From the NCBI GenBank assembly GCA_009691025.1, contig SHWB01000004.1:23030-87029 (forward strand): a DNA stretch of 64,000 nt, in the 5' to 3' direction. Positions 10,568 to 19,032 of this stretch are shown piece after piece. The number at the start of each line of letters is the position of its first letter. Position 1 is the stretch's first letter. This DNA is from Alphaproteobacteria bacterium (GTDB taxonomy: Bacteria > Pseudomonadota > Alphaproteobacteria > UBA6615). The notes under the pieces are model-generated. The model was not told the origin of the DNA and did no database searches. It was given only the letters and a program-made list of their open reading frames with translations. The position numbers and the translations under genes are program-made.

Positions 10568-11751
10568 GCGCCGCCGACACGCGGGATGAACGCCTGGCGC
10601 ACTTCGTCGACGACGCGCCGTTCGAGCCGGCCGCCGAGGTGGCCCTGACGCCGGCGCAGGAACGCTTCTACATGGCGTCGCAGTGGAAGCTGATGTGGTG
10701 GAAGCTCCGCCGCCACCGCATCGCCGTCGCCTCCGGAATCTTCCTGCTCGCGCTCTACGTCGTCGCCGGCTTCGCCGAGTTCTTCGCGCCCTACGAGCTG
10801 CAGCACCGCGACCGGCGATTCATCTACGCGCCACCGCAATCGATCCAGCTCTTCCACGAGGGCCGCTTCGTCGGCCCCTTCGTCTATGGCATGCGCATGC
10901 AGCGCGACCCCGAGACGCTGCAACCGCTGTATAAGGAGGATCCCGGCCGCATTCAGGAACTGCGCTTCTTCTGCGCAGGTGGCTACCGCGGTAGCGAATA
11001 CGCATTCTGGGGCGGCCTGTTCGAGGGCGACTTCCATCTCGTCTGCCCGGCGCGCGGCGGCACGCTGTTTCTGCTCGGCACCGACCGGCTGGGGCGCGAC
11101 ATGTTCTCGCGCATCCTCTACGGCGCGCGCGTGTCGATGACCATCGGGCTGATCGGCATCGTGCTGTCCTTCGCGCTCGGCATCGCCATCGGCGGCATCG
11201 CCGGCTATTACGGCGGCTGGATCGACAACATCGTGCAGCGCGCGATCGAAGTTCTGAAGTCCTTCCCGCGCCTGCCGCTGTGGATGGCACTGTCGGCCTC
11301 TCTGCCGGTGGTGTGGTCGCCGATCTGGATCTTCTTCGGCATCACCATCATCCTCGCCATGCTCGACTGGCCGGGGCTGGCGCGCGCCGTGCGCTCGAAA
11401 TTGCTGTCGCTGCGCGAGGAGGATTTCGCCGTTGCCGCGCAGCTCATGGGCGCGCGCCCGCCGCGCATCATCGGCCGCCATCTGGTGCCGAGCTTCGCCT
11501 CGCACCTCATCGCCTCGGCCTCGCTGGCGATTCCGGAGATGATCCTCGGCGAGACGGCGCTGTCCTTCCTCGGCCTCGGCCTCAGACCGCCGATCACCAG
11601 CTGGGGCGTGCTGCTGAACGAGGCGCAAAATATCCAGGCCGTGGTGCTCTACCCGTGGCTGATGGCGCCGATGGTGCCGGTCATTCTCGTCGTGCTGGCC
11701 TTCAACTTCCTCGGCGACGGGCTGCGCGACGCCGCCGATCCTTACAAGTGA
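10564..11751 (+). CDS. ABC transporter permease (OppC/DppC type)
   Basis: [33 protein letters not shown] motifs. Confidence 0.93.
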   Translation: MSAADTRDERLAHFVDDAPFEPAAEVALTPAQERFYMASQWKLMWWKLRRHRIAVASGIFLLALYVVAGFAEFFAPYELQHRDRRFIYAPPQSIQLFHEGRFVGPFVYGMRMQRDPETLQPLYKEDPGRIQELRFFCAGGYRGSEYAFWGGLFEGDFHLVCPARGGTLFLLGTDRLGRDMFSRILYGARVSMTIGLIGIVLSFALGIAIGGIAGYYGGWIDNIVQRAIEVLKSFPRLPLWMALSASLPVVWSPIWIFFGITIILAMLDWPGLARAVRSKLLSLREEDFAVAAQLMGARPPRIIGRHLVPSFASHLIASASLAIPEMILGETALSFLGLGLRPPITSWGVLLNEAQNIQAVVLYPWLMAPMVPVILVVLAFNFLGDGLRDAADPYK

Positions 11752-11832
11752 CGCCGCCGGCCCTTATGATTAACACTCCGTGAACGGGTACGGTCTAGCG
11801 TTTCTCCCGGCACCCGACAGCGGGGGGCCGAC

Positions 11833-12030
11833 ATGGCGATGAACACTCGCTCGATGCAGTCCTACGAACTGCCCATCGTCATCAACCGCTCGTCGCGAGG
11901 CTATTCGATCGCGGCGGCGATTTTCGAGGGCACGGTCATCAGCCGGCAGGTCGGTGAGGCCGATCTGCGCCAGCTGCAGGTCCACCTCGCCGAGGTGCTC
12001 GGAGACCGCCCGCGCGTGCCGCTCGACTGA
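11833..12030 (+). CDS. Small hypothetical protein (65 aa)
   Basis: GC3-biased codons, upstream G-rich RBS-like tract, downstream hairpin. Confidence 0.55.
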   Translation: MAMNTRSMQSYELPIVINRSSRGYSIAAAIFEGTVISRQVGEADLRQLQVHLAEVLGDRPRVPLD

Positions 12031-12057
12031 ATCACCCCCCCCGGGGGGGGGGGTGAT
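12031..12057. terminator. ATCA-C8-G11-TGAT hairpin, probable terminator
   Basis: Perfect palindromic stem directly after the stop at 12030. Confidence 0.5.
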
Positions 12058-12305
12058 CAGCCGGGACGGCGCCCGACGGCGACCGACATGGCGCGCCGCA
12101 CGCGCTGGGCTACTCTAGATAACGCCACGGTCGCTCGATCAGGTCGATCAGGGCAACCCGGCGCTCGTATGCGCGCCAGACCAGAAGAAGGGGCACATAG
12201 GCGCAAGCGAGCCTGACGACCGGCCTGATGTTCCTCCGTGCGGTCACGTCACGTCCCCGTCGGCAGTATGGCAATCATCGGTCCGGGGGCCGTGTCGGCC
12301 GGCGC

Positions 12306-13139
12306 CTACGGTCGCAGCACCATGCCTTCCGTGGCCACGACGGAGCCTGGGCGGCGTGCCGCGACACCAGCGGCGACCTTGTCCATGAAGGCGTCGTCAT
12401 GCGCCGGGTCGTGGTGGAAGACGACATAGGTGCCGACCCCGGCGGCGTCGGCGAGATCGGCGCCGGCCTCCCAGGTCGAATGGCCCCGGCCGAGATAGCT
12501 CGGATACTCGGCCTCGGTGTAGGTGGCATCGTAGATGAAGATGTCGGTGCCGCGCACCAGATCGACGATGGCGCCGTCGATCCGGTCGGCAAAATGCTCG
12601 GTGTCGGTGATGTAGCTGATCGACTTGCCGGCGAATTCGACGCGATAGCCGGTGGCGCCGTTGGGGTGGTTGAGCGGCCCGGTGCGCACGCGCGCACCGC
12701 ATGCCAGCTCCAGCGTTTCGCCGGCATTGAAATCGTGGAAGCTGCACTCGGCCTGCATGGCGCCGATGGGCACCGGGAACAACGGCGCCATCATCATCGC
12801 GCACAGCACGTCGCGGATGGAGAGTTCCGGCAGCAAATGGCCGGCACGGATGCGGAAGCGGTTGCCCGGCTGGTAGATCGGCCGGAAGAAGGGCAGCCCC
12901 GTGATGTGATCGAAATGCGTGTGCGTGAGCAGGATGTCGGCGTCGACCGTGCCTTGCGCCACCAGCTCGTTGCCGAGTTCGCGCAGGCCCGTGCCGCCGT
13001 CGAGGATGACCAGCGCGCCGCCGCAACGCAGCTCGATGCAGGAAGTGTTGCCGCCGTAGCGCACCGTGCCCGGCCCGGGCGTGGCGATGGAGCCGCGCAC
13101 GCCTCGAAAGCGCAGATGGAAGTCGCTCGCCGCCTGCAC
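12306..13139 (-). CDS. MBL-fold metallo-hydrolase (RNase Z / cyclic-nucleotide phosphodiesterase-like)
   Basis: GVRGS, YGGNTSC, THTHFDHITG metal motif, HPNG, GHSTW, FHHDP; GTG start inferred. Confidence 0.88.
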   Translation of the reverse strand: MQAASDFHLRFRGVRGSIATPGPGTVRYGGNTSCIELRCGGALVILDGGTGLRELGNELVAQGTVDADILLTHTHFDHITGLPFFRPIYQPGNRFRIRAGHLLPELSIRDVLCAMMMAPLFPVPIGAMQAECSFHDFNAGETLELACGARVRTGPLNHPNGATGYRVEFAGKSISYITDTEHFADRIDGAIVDLVRGTDIFIYDATYTEAEYPSYLGRGHSTWEAGADLADAAGVGTYVVFHHDPAHDDAFMDKVAAGVAARRPGSVVATEGMVLRP

Positions 13140-13362
13140 GAAGCCGGTACCCCTTGCTGTGCGCGGTCGGGCCGCGGCTGCGCGCGCCTGTGCGCGTGCG
13201 GTGAAAGTGTGCCCGACTCCGTCTCGCGGCGAAAGTGACGGCCCGATATACGGATAACGTGGATCAGGGTTGGGACCGCCGTTGCGGTAACGGATTCCTC
13301 CCTCCGCTGCACTGTGTATAATCGCGCGCCGCCGTTGTCGTGCCCCGCGCCGAGGTCCGCCG

Positions 13363-14598
13363 ATGCCCAGTTCCGCCCCCGGGCGCGTCGCCACGAGCTG
13401 GCCCGGCGTCGCCTACGGCATCGCGCTGGGCTACCTCGCGGCTTACCTGCAGTTCAAAGTGCCGCCGGTCCTGCCAGTGCTGTTCGACTCCTACGATTAC
13501 GGCGCCTTCGTCGGCGGCGGGCTGATGTCGATCTTCGCGCTCGCCGGGTTGCTCTTCGCGGTGCCGGTCGGCCACGCCATCCAGCGTCGCGGTGCGGTGC
13601 CATTCCTCGCCGGCGCCTTCGCCCTGCTGGCGGCCGGCAGCGCGCTCGGCCTCGTGCGGCCTGAAAACGGCGCGACGATGCTGGTCGCGCGCGGTCTCGA
13701 AGGACTCGGCGCCGTCGTGCTGGCGGTGTGCATGACCGCCTTCGCCAACATGAATGCGGGCCCGCGCCACCTGCACATCGTCGTCGGCATACAGGCGACA
13801 TGGATTCCGGTGGGCCAGGTCGTGTCCAACGCGGTGGCGACCCCCTTCGTCGCCGACGGGATATGGCAGCCGGTGTGGTGGGCCGGCCTCGCCGGCATCG
13901 CCGCTCTAGCGTTGTGGACGGTGGCCATCGTCGTGCAGGGCCGCGTCGATCTCGGCCTGCGCAGCGGCCGGCGCGCGGGCGGTGCGGCGGCGGTGGCCGA
14001 CGCCACGCTGACGCGCGCCGAATGGCGGGCGCTGCTGGCGGCGGCGACGCTGTTCTGCCTGTGGCAGGTGCAGTTCATGGCGTATTTCACCTGGCTCCCC
14101 GAATACCTCGTCGGCGCGCGCGGCTACGGCAACGAGGCGGCCGTGCTGACCAGCCAGCTGCCGGCCGCCGTGCTGCTGGTGATGACTTTCGCCACCGGCT
14201 TCGTGCTACGCGCCGGCATCGCCGCGCCGCGCCTGCTGCTGGTCGGCCTCGCCGCCCAAGCGGTCGGCTGGCTGCTGGCGCTGGCCGGCGACAGCCCGGC
14301 CTGGGGCCTCGCCAGCCTGGTCGTCTGGGGCTTCGCCGCCGGCGTGACGCCGACCTGCCTGTGGGCCTTGCCATCCTATCTGCTGGGCGGCCAGCGCGTC
14401 GGCACGCTGGCCAGCGGCGTCGTGCAGTCAGGCCGCTATCTCGGCATCATCGTCGGGCCGCTGCTGGCACCCGCCGTGCGTGAAGTCTCGACCGGCTGGG
14501 AGACGACCATCCTCGTCTTCGGGCTCGGCACGGCGGCGGTGGTGCCCTGGGCCGCGGCCTTCGCCCGCCGGGCGAGGCGGCTGCGCGACGCGGGCTAG
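13363..14598 (+). CDS. MFS transporter (CynX-like)
   Basis: About 12 hydrophobic segments; FKVPPVLP and ARGLEG motifs; TATAAT at 13317-13322 upstream. Confidence 0.8.
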   Translation: MPSSAPGRVATSWPGVAYGIALGYLAAYLQFKVPPVLPVLFDSYDYGAFVGGGLMSIFALAGLLFAVPVGHAIQRRGAVPFLAGAFALLAAGSALGLVRPENGATMLVARGLEGLGAVVLAVCMTAFANMNAGPRHLHIVVGIQATWIPVGQVVSNAVATPFVADGIWQPVWWAGLAGIAALALWTVAIVVQGRVDLGLRSGRRAGGAAAVADATLTRAEWRALLAAATLFCLWQVQFMAYFTWLPEYLVGARGYGNEAAVLTSQLPAAVLLVMTFATGFVLRAGIAAPRLLLVGLAAQAVGWLLALAGDSPAWGLASLVVWGFAAGVTPTCLWALPSYLLGGQRVGTLASGVVQSGRYLGIIVGPLLAPAVREVSTGWETTILVFGLGTAAVVPWAAAFARRARRLRDAG

Positions 14599-15281
14599 GG
14601 TACCAGTTTGTAGCCGCCCGGCTCGGTCACGAGCAGGCGGGCGTTCTGGGGGTCGGGTTCGATCTTCTGGCGCAGGCGGTAGACGTGCGTTTCCAGCGTG
14701 TGCGTCGTCACCCCGACATTGTAGCCCCAGACCTCGACCAGCAGCGTGTCGCGCCCGACGACGCGGGCGCCGGCGCGGTAGAGGTATTTGAGGATCGAGG
14801 TTTCCTTCTCGGTCAGGCGGATCTTCCTGCCGGCGGCGGCGAGCAGCAGCTTGTTGGCCGGCTGGAAGGTGTAGGGCCCGATGGCGAAGACGGCGTCCTC
14901 GCTCTGCTCGTGCTGGCGCAACTGGGCGCGCAGGTGGGCGAGCAGCACGTTGAGGCGGAACGGCTTGGTGACGAAGTCGTTGGCGCCGGCGTCGAGGCCG
15001 AGGATCTGGTCTGCATCGGTGTCGTGGCCGGTCAGCATGATGATCGGCGAGCGCACCCCGGCCCGCCGCATCAACCGGCAGACCTCGCGCCCATCCATGT
15101 CGCGCAGGCCGACATCGAGCAGGATGATGTCGAAATGGCCGCGCTTCGCCGCCTCCAGCGCGGCGGCGCCGCAATCGGCCTCGACAGTGGTGAATTCCTC
15201 GTGCAGGCGCAGTTGCTCGGACAGCGAGCGGCGCAGCGCCTCGTCGTCGTCCACGAGCAGGACCTTCTTGCCGGCCGTCAT
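14595..15281 (-). CDS. OmpR-family response regulator
   Basis: Receiver (LLVDDD, LLDV, KPF) plus winged helix (VWGY, THTLETHVYRLRQKIE, GGYKL). Confidence 0.93.
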   Translation of the reverse strand: MTAGKKVLLVDDDEALRRSLSEQLRLHEEFTTVEADCGAAALEAAKRGHFDIILLDVGLRDMDGREVCRLMRRAGVRSPIIMLTGHDTDADQILGLDAGANDFVTKPFRLNVLLAHLRAQLRQHEQSEDAVFAIGPYTFQPANKLLLAAAGRKIRLTEKETSILKYLYRAGARVVGRDTLLVEVWGYNVGVTTHTLETHVYRLRQKIEPDPQNARLLVTEPGGYKLVP

Positions 15282-15448
15282 CGCGCTCCGTCCTTCCGGT
15301 CCAGCATGGCGGAGCCGCCCCCGCGCCACAAGGCCACGGCCCGCGCCGGCCGGGCCAAACCTTTTCCGGCGCGCGGAACGTGAGGCTGGCAATCCGCCGC
15401 GCGGGCGCCGATATTCCCGCCTCCTTTCCATCCCACCGCCGCGCCACC

Positions 15449-16621
15449 ATGACCGACCGCCCGTCGCCGATTCCGCCGCACCGCCAGCTGCCCGCCGCGC
15501 CGCTGCTGCCGGGCGCGCTGCAGGCCGTCGAGCGGGCCATCTCCGATCTGCGGCGCGGCGCCATCGTGGTGCTGCACGGGCGCGGGCGGGCGCTGCTGAC
15601 GCTCGCCGCGGAGGGCACCTCGCGCGAGGCGCTGGCGCGGCTGCGGGCGCTGTCGCGCAACGATCCCTCACTGGTGCTGACGGGACGGCGGGCGCATCTG
15701 CTGGGTTTCGTTGACGCGGGCGAGGGCAGCGTGCGCTTCGCCCTGCCGGGCGGCGCCACCGCCGACGCGGTGCGCCAGATGGCCGATCCCGGCGCCGGCA
15801 TGCCCAAGGCGCTGCCGCGCCCGCTGGCCATCGACCGCGTCGACCCGGCGAGCGACGCCGGCGCGACCGAGGGCGGCGCCGTCGAACTAGCCAAGCTGGC
15901 CGGCCTGCTGCCCGCCGCCGTCATAGCTCCGGTGCCGCGCGAACGGCTAGGCTGGCTCGCGTCGTGGTGCGACCGCGAATCCCTGCTGGCGACCGAACTG
16001 GAGGCGGTCGCCGACTACCGCGACGCCGAGGCGCGCGCGCTGCAGCTGGTCGGCGAGGCGCGGGTGCCCCTGGCTGGCATCGAGGCGGCGCGCGTCGTCG
16101 CCTTCCGGCCGCCCGATGGCGGCCGCGAACACCTCGCCATCGTCGTCGGCGCGCCCGACCCGAAGGCGCCGGTTCTGGTGCGGGTCCATTCGGAATGCTT
16201 TACCGGCGACCTGCTGGGCAGCCTGCGCTGCGATTGCGGCGACCAGTTGCGCGGCGCCATCGCCGAGATCGGCCGCGCCGGCGCCGGCGTGCTGCTTTAT
16301 CTCGCCCAGGAAGGACGCGGCATCGGGCTAGTCAACAAGCTGCGCGCCTATGCCCTGCAGGACCACGGCCACGACACCATCGACGCCAACGAGCAGCTCG
16401 GCTTCGAGCCCGACGAACGCATCTACAAGGTGGCGGCGCGGATGCTCGAATTGCTGGACTTCCGGCGCGTGCGCCTGCTGACCAATAACCCGGCCAAGGT
16501 GGCGGCGCTGGCCGGCTTCGGCATCGAGGTCGTCGAGCGGGTGACGCACAGCTTCCCGTCGAACCCCCACAACGCGCAATACCTCGCCACCAAGCAGGCC
16601 CGCGCCGGGCACATACTGTAG
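15449..16621 (+). CDS. ribA: GTP cyclohydrolase II with degenerate DHBP-synthase-like N terminus
   Basis: RVHSECFTGDLLGSLRCDCG, QEGRGIGLVNK, LLTNNP motifs. Confidence 0.92.
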   Translation: MTDRPSPIPPHRQLPAAPLLPGALQAVERAISDLRRGAIVVLHGRGRALLTLAAEGTSREALARLRALSRNDPSLVLTGRRAHLLGFVDAGEGSVRFALPGGATADAVRQMADPGAGMPKALPRPLAIDRVDPASDAGATEGGAVELAKLAGLLPAAVIAPVPRERLGWLASWCDRESLLATELEAVADYRDAEARALQLVGEARVPLAGIEAARVVAFRPPDGGREHLAIVVGAPDPKAPVLVRVHSECFTGDLLGSLRCDCGDQLRGAIAEIGRAGAGVLLYLAQEGRGIGLVNKLRAYALQDHGHDTIDANEQLGFEPDERIYKVAARMLELLDFRRVRLLTNNPAKVAALAGFGIEVVERVTHSFPSNPHNAQYLATKQARAGHIL

Positions 16622-16628
16622 CGCCGCC

Positions 16629-16734
16629 CGGCACTCCTTGCCGCCCGGCCGGCAGGTTCTGCCGGGCCAGGCGCCGCCAGCCCCCCCCTAGAAACCCAAC
16701 GGTTCCTCGCTTTTCCGTCTGGCACCGCGCTTGC
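16629..16734 (+). promoter_or_regulatory. Sigma54 promoter (TGGCAC-N5-TTGC, 16720-16734) with two CGGCA-N5-TGCCG upstream palindromes
   Basis: Exact -24/-12 spacing; palindromes at 16629-16643 and 16650-16664. Confidence 0.7.
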
Positions 16735-16759
16735 GACGGCGCCCGCGGAGGAGCAGGTC

Positions 16760-17518
16760 GTGGCCATCGCGCCGGAAACCGGATTGTTGATGGGACTGGC
16801 GCCGGGCCATGCGTCGACGAATGCGGGCGAGGAGGCCGAGAGCGCCTTCGCCCAGCTTCTCGACGTCTTCGCCCCGCTGCCGCACCTGCCGGTCGTCTCC
16901 ACCTTCTACCGCGACGCCACCGGCGACCCGATCTCGGCGCCGGCGCAACTGGCGGGCGGCGCACTGTTCGGCGGGCCGATCGGCTTCCTCGCGGCGCTGG
17001 CCAATCTGGCGGTCGGGGCGTCAACGGGCAGCGACATCGGCGAACATGCCCTGGCGATGCTGGCCGGCGACGAGACCGAGGGCGACGCCGCGCCGGCGGC
17101 GGACCAGCTCGCCGGCCCGGATGCGCCCGGCGACCAGCTCGCCGACGCCGAGGCGATCGTCGGGACGGCGCCGCGAATCGTCCCGCAGCGTCTGTCCTAT
17201 CCCGTGCCATCCCTCGACCTGCCGCCCGCTGCCGGGCCGCAATCGCCCGCCACCATGGCCGGAGCCGTCCGCAGCGTCGTCCCGGCAATCCGGCGCGGGC
17301 CGGCGCAGGAACCGCCGCCGGCCGGCTGGCTCGCCCGCACCATGGCCGAGGCGACGGCGATGCGCGCCGCCCAGGCCGCCGGCACGCCGGCCGAGACACA
17401 TCCCGTCGCCCAGCCCTGGCTACCGGCCGCCATGCAGCAGGCCCTCGACAAGTACGAGGCCCTGGCGCGCGGCCGCCGGCCGGAGCCCACCTGGGCCGGA
17501 GTCGAGCTCAACGGGTAA
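16760..17518 (+). CDS. Hypothetical protein
   Basis: GGAGGAG RBS; ordered core LLDVFAPLPHLPVVSTFYR...GGALFGGPIG, Pro/Ala linker, C-terminal MQQALDKY. Confidence 0.75.
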   Translation: MAIAPETGLLMGLAPGHASTNAGEEAESAFAQLLDVFAPLPHLPVVSTFYRDATGDPISAPAQLAGGALFGGPIGFLAALANLAVGASTGSDIGEHALAMLAGDETEGDAAPAADQLAGPDAPGDQLADAEAIVGTAPRIVPQRLSYPVPSLDLPPAAGPQSPATMAGAVRSVVPAIRRGPAQEPPPAGWLARTMAEATAMRAAQAAGTPAETHPVAQPWLPAAMQQALDKYEALARGRRPEPTWAGVELNG

Positions 17519-17598
17519 ATCCCCACCCCGCTTTTCCCCGGTGCGGGGAGGTTGGGCGGGGGTCGCCGCGGCTACGGGGCGCTGCGTAGACTCCGCCC

Positions 17599-18111
17599 AT
17601 GGACCTGATCGTCGAGCCTCGCGGTACGCGCGGCACCGCGCGCTGGGGCGAGCGCCGTTTCGACTGCGCGCTCGGGCGCGGCGACGCTCGCGCCGACAAA
17701 CACGAAGGCGATGGTGCGACGCCGGTCGGAAAATTTCCGATGCGACGTGTCCTGTATCGCCCCGACCGCCTGTCGAGGCCCGCGACCCGCCTGCCGACCG
17801 TCGCCATCGGCCCGCGCGACGGCTGGTGCGACGATCCCGCCGATGTCCGCTACAATCGTCCGGTGCGCCTGCCATGGCCTGGTTCGGCCGAGATATTGTG
17901 GCGCGACGACCGCGTCTACGACCTGATCCTCGTCGTCGGCCACAACGATTCACCCCCCGTGCCGGGGCTGGGAAGCGGCATCTTCGTCCACGTCGCGCAG
18001 CCCGATTTCTCGCCGACGGCCGGTTGCGTCGCCCTGACCCTGGCCGATCTCATGACGGTAATTGCCGGGGCGCAGGCCGGCGATGCGTTGGTGGTGCGGG
18101 CGGAACCGTAG
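17599..18111 (+). CDS. L,D-transpeptidase (YkuD) family protein
   Basis: KHEGDGATPVG and GSGIFVH...PTAGCVAL catalytic His/Cys motif. Confidence 0.9.
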   Translation: MDLIVEPRGTRGTARWGERRFDCALGRGDARADKHEGDGATPVGKFPMRRVLYRPDRLSRPATRLPTVAIGPRDGWCDDPADVRYNRPVRLPWPGSAEILWRDDRVYDLILVVGHNDSPPVPGLGSGIFVHVAQPDFSPTAGCVALTLADLMTVIAGAQAGDALVVRAEP

Positions 18112-18112
18112 G

Positions 18113-18226
18113 GGCGTCGTGCGTCGTCCTCGTCCTTCGGCAGGCTCAGGAAGAGGCCCTAGGGGAGCGCTCTTCCAGGCCGCCTCACCCTGAGCCTGCC
18201 GAAGGACGAGGACGACGCACGACGCC
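18113..18226. repeat. Palindromic repeat dimer with perfect 38-bp arms
   Basis: 18113-18150 is the exact reverse complement of 18189-18226; lies between convergent genes. Confidence 0.9.
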
Positions 18227-18228
18227 GC

Positions 18229-18924
18229 TTATCGCGGCGCGCGATCGCCGAAAATCGCCGTGCCGACCCGCACATGGGTGGCGCCGAGCGTCACCGCCGC
18301 CGCGTAATCGGCACTCATGCCCATGCTGAGGCCGGCGAGGCCGTGGCGGCGGGCGATGGTCGCCAGCAGGGCGAAATGCGGCGCCGGCACGGCGTCGCGC
18401 GGTGGGAGGCACATCAGCCCGGCCAGCATCAGCCCGAACTCGCCCCGGCACCGCTCGATGAAGGCGTCGGCGTCGGCCGGCAGGACGCCGGCCTTCTGCG
18501 GCTCCTCGCCGGTATTGATCTCGATGAAGCAGGCCGGCCGGCGTCCGCTGCGCGCCATTTCCTTCGCTAGCGCCTCGGCCAGGCGGGGCCGGTCGACGCT
18601 GTGGATCGCATCGAACAACGCCACCGCCTCGCGCGCCTTGTTGGTCTGCAACGGCCCGACCATGTGCAGTCGGAGAGCCGGTATCGTGTCGCGGCGGGCG
18701 GCCCAGTGCGCTTCGGCTTCCTGCACGCGATTCTCGCCGAAGACGCGCTGGCCGGCGGCCAGCACGGCGGCGATGCGCTCGTCGGGCTGCTGCTTGCTGA
18801 TGGCCACCAGCGTCACGGCGGCCGGATCGCGGCCGGCTTCGCGCGCCGCCGCGTCGATGCGGGCGCGCACGGCGGCCAGGCGTTGCGCTGCGGCGGCGTC
18901 CGGCGGTGGCGCGGCAATCGTCAT
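18229..18924 (-). CDS. yggS: PLP homeostasis protein (YggS/PROSC)
   Basis: VAISK, FGENRVQE, GPLQTNK, LSMGMSAD, VRVGTAIFG. Confidence 0.95.
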   Translation of the reverse strand: MTIAAPPPDAAAAQRLAAVRARIDAAAREAGRDPAAVTLVAISKQQPDERIAAVLAAGQRVFGENRVQEAEAHWAARRDTIPALRLHMVGPLQTNKAREAVALFDAIHSVDRPRLAEALAKEMARSGRRPACFIEINTGEEPQKAGVLPADADAFIERCRGEFGLMLAGLMCLPPRDAVPAPHFALLATIARRHGLAGLSMGMSADYAAAVTLGATHVRVGTAIFGDRAPR

Positions 18925-19032
18925 GGCGAAGGCTCCGGAACTGGGTCGGACGCTCGCAACGCTAGCGCAAATCGCCGAGCCGCGGCAGCGGGCCGCTCCC
19001 CAGCCGCAGCCATGATCGTGTATAGAAAACCC

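Noticed and set aside
17519-17565. Possible ncRNA after the sigma54-driven gene
   Set aside because: Only a short C-rich/G-rich palindrome, adequately explained as a terminator or repeat remnant
18113-18226. Possible CRISPR repeats or tRNA
   Set aside because: Inverted pair, not regularly spaced direct repeats; no cas genes and no cloverleaf
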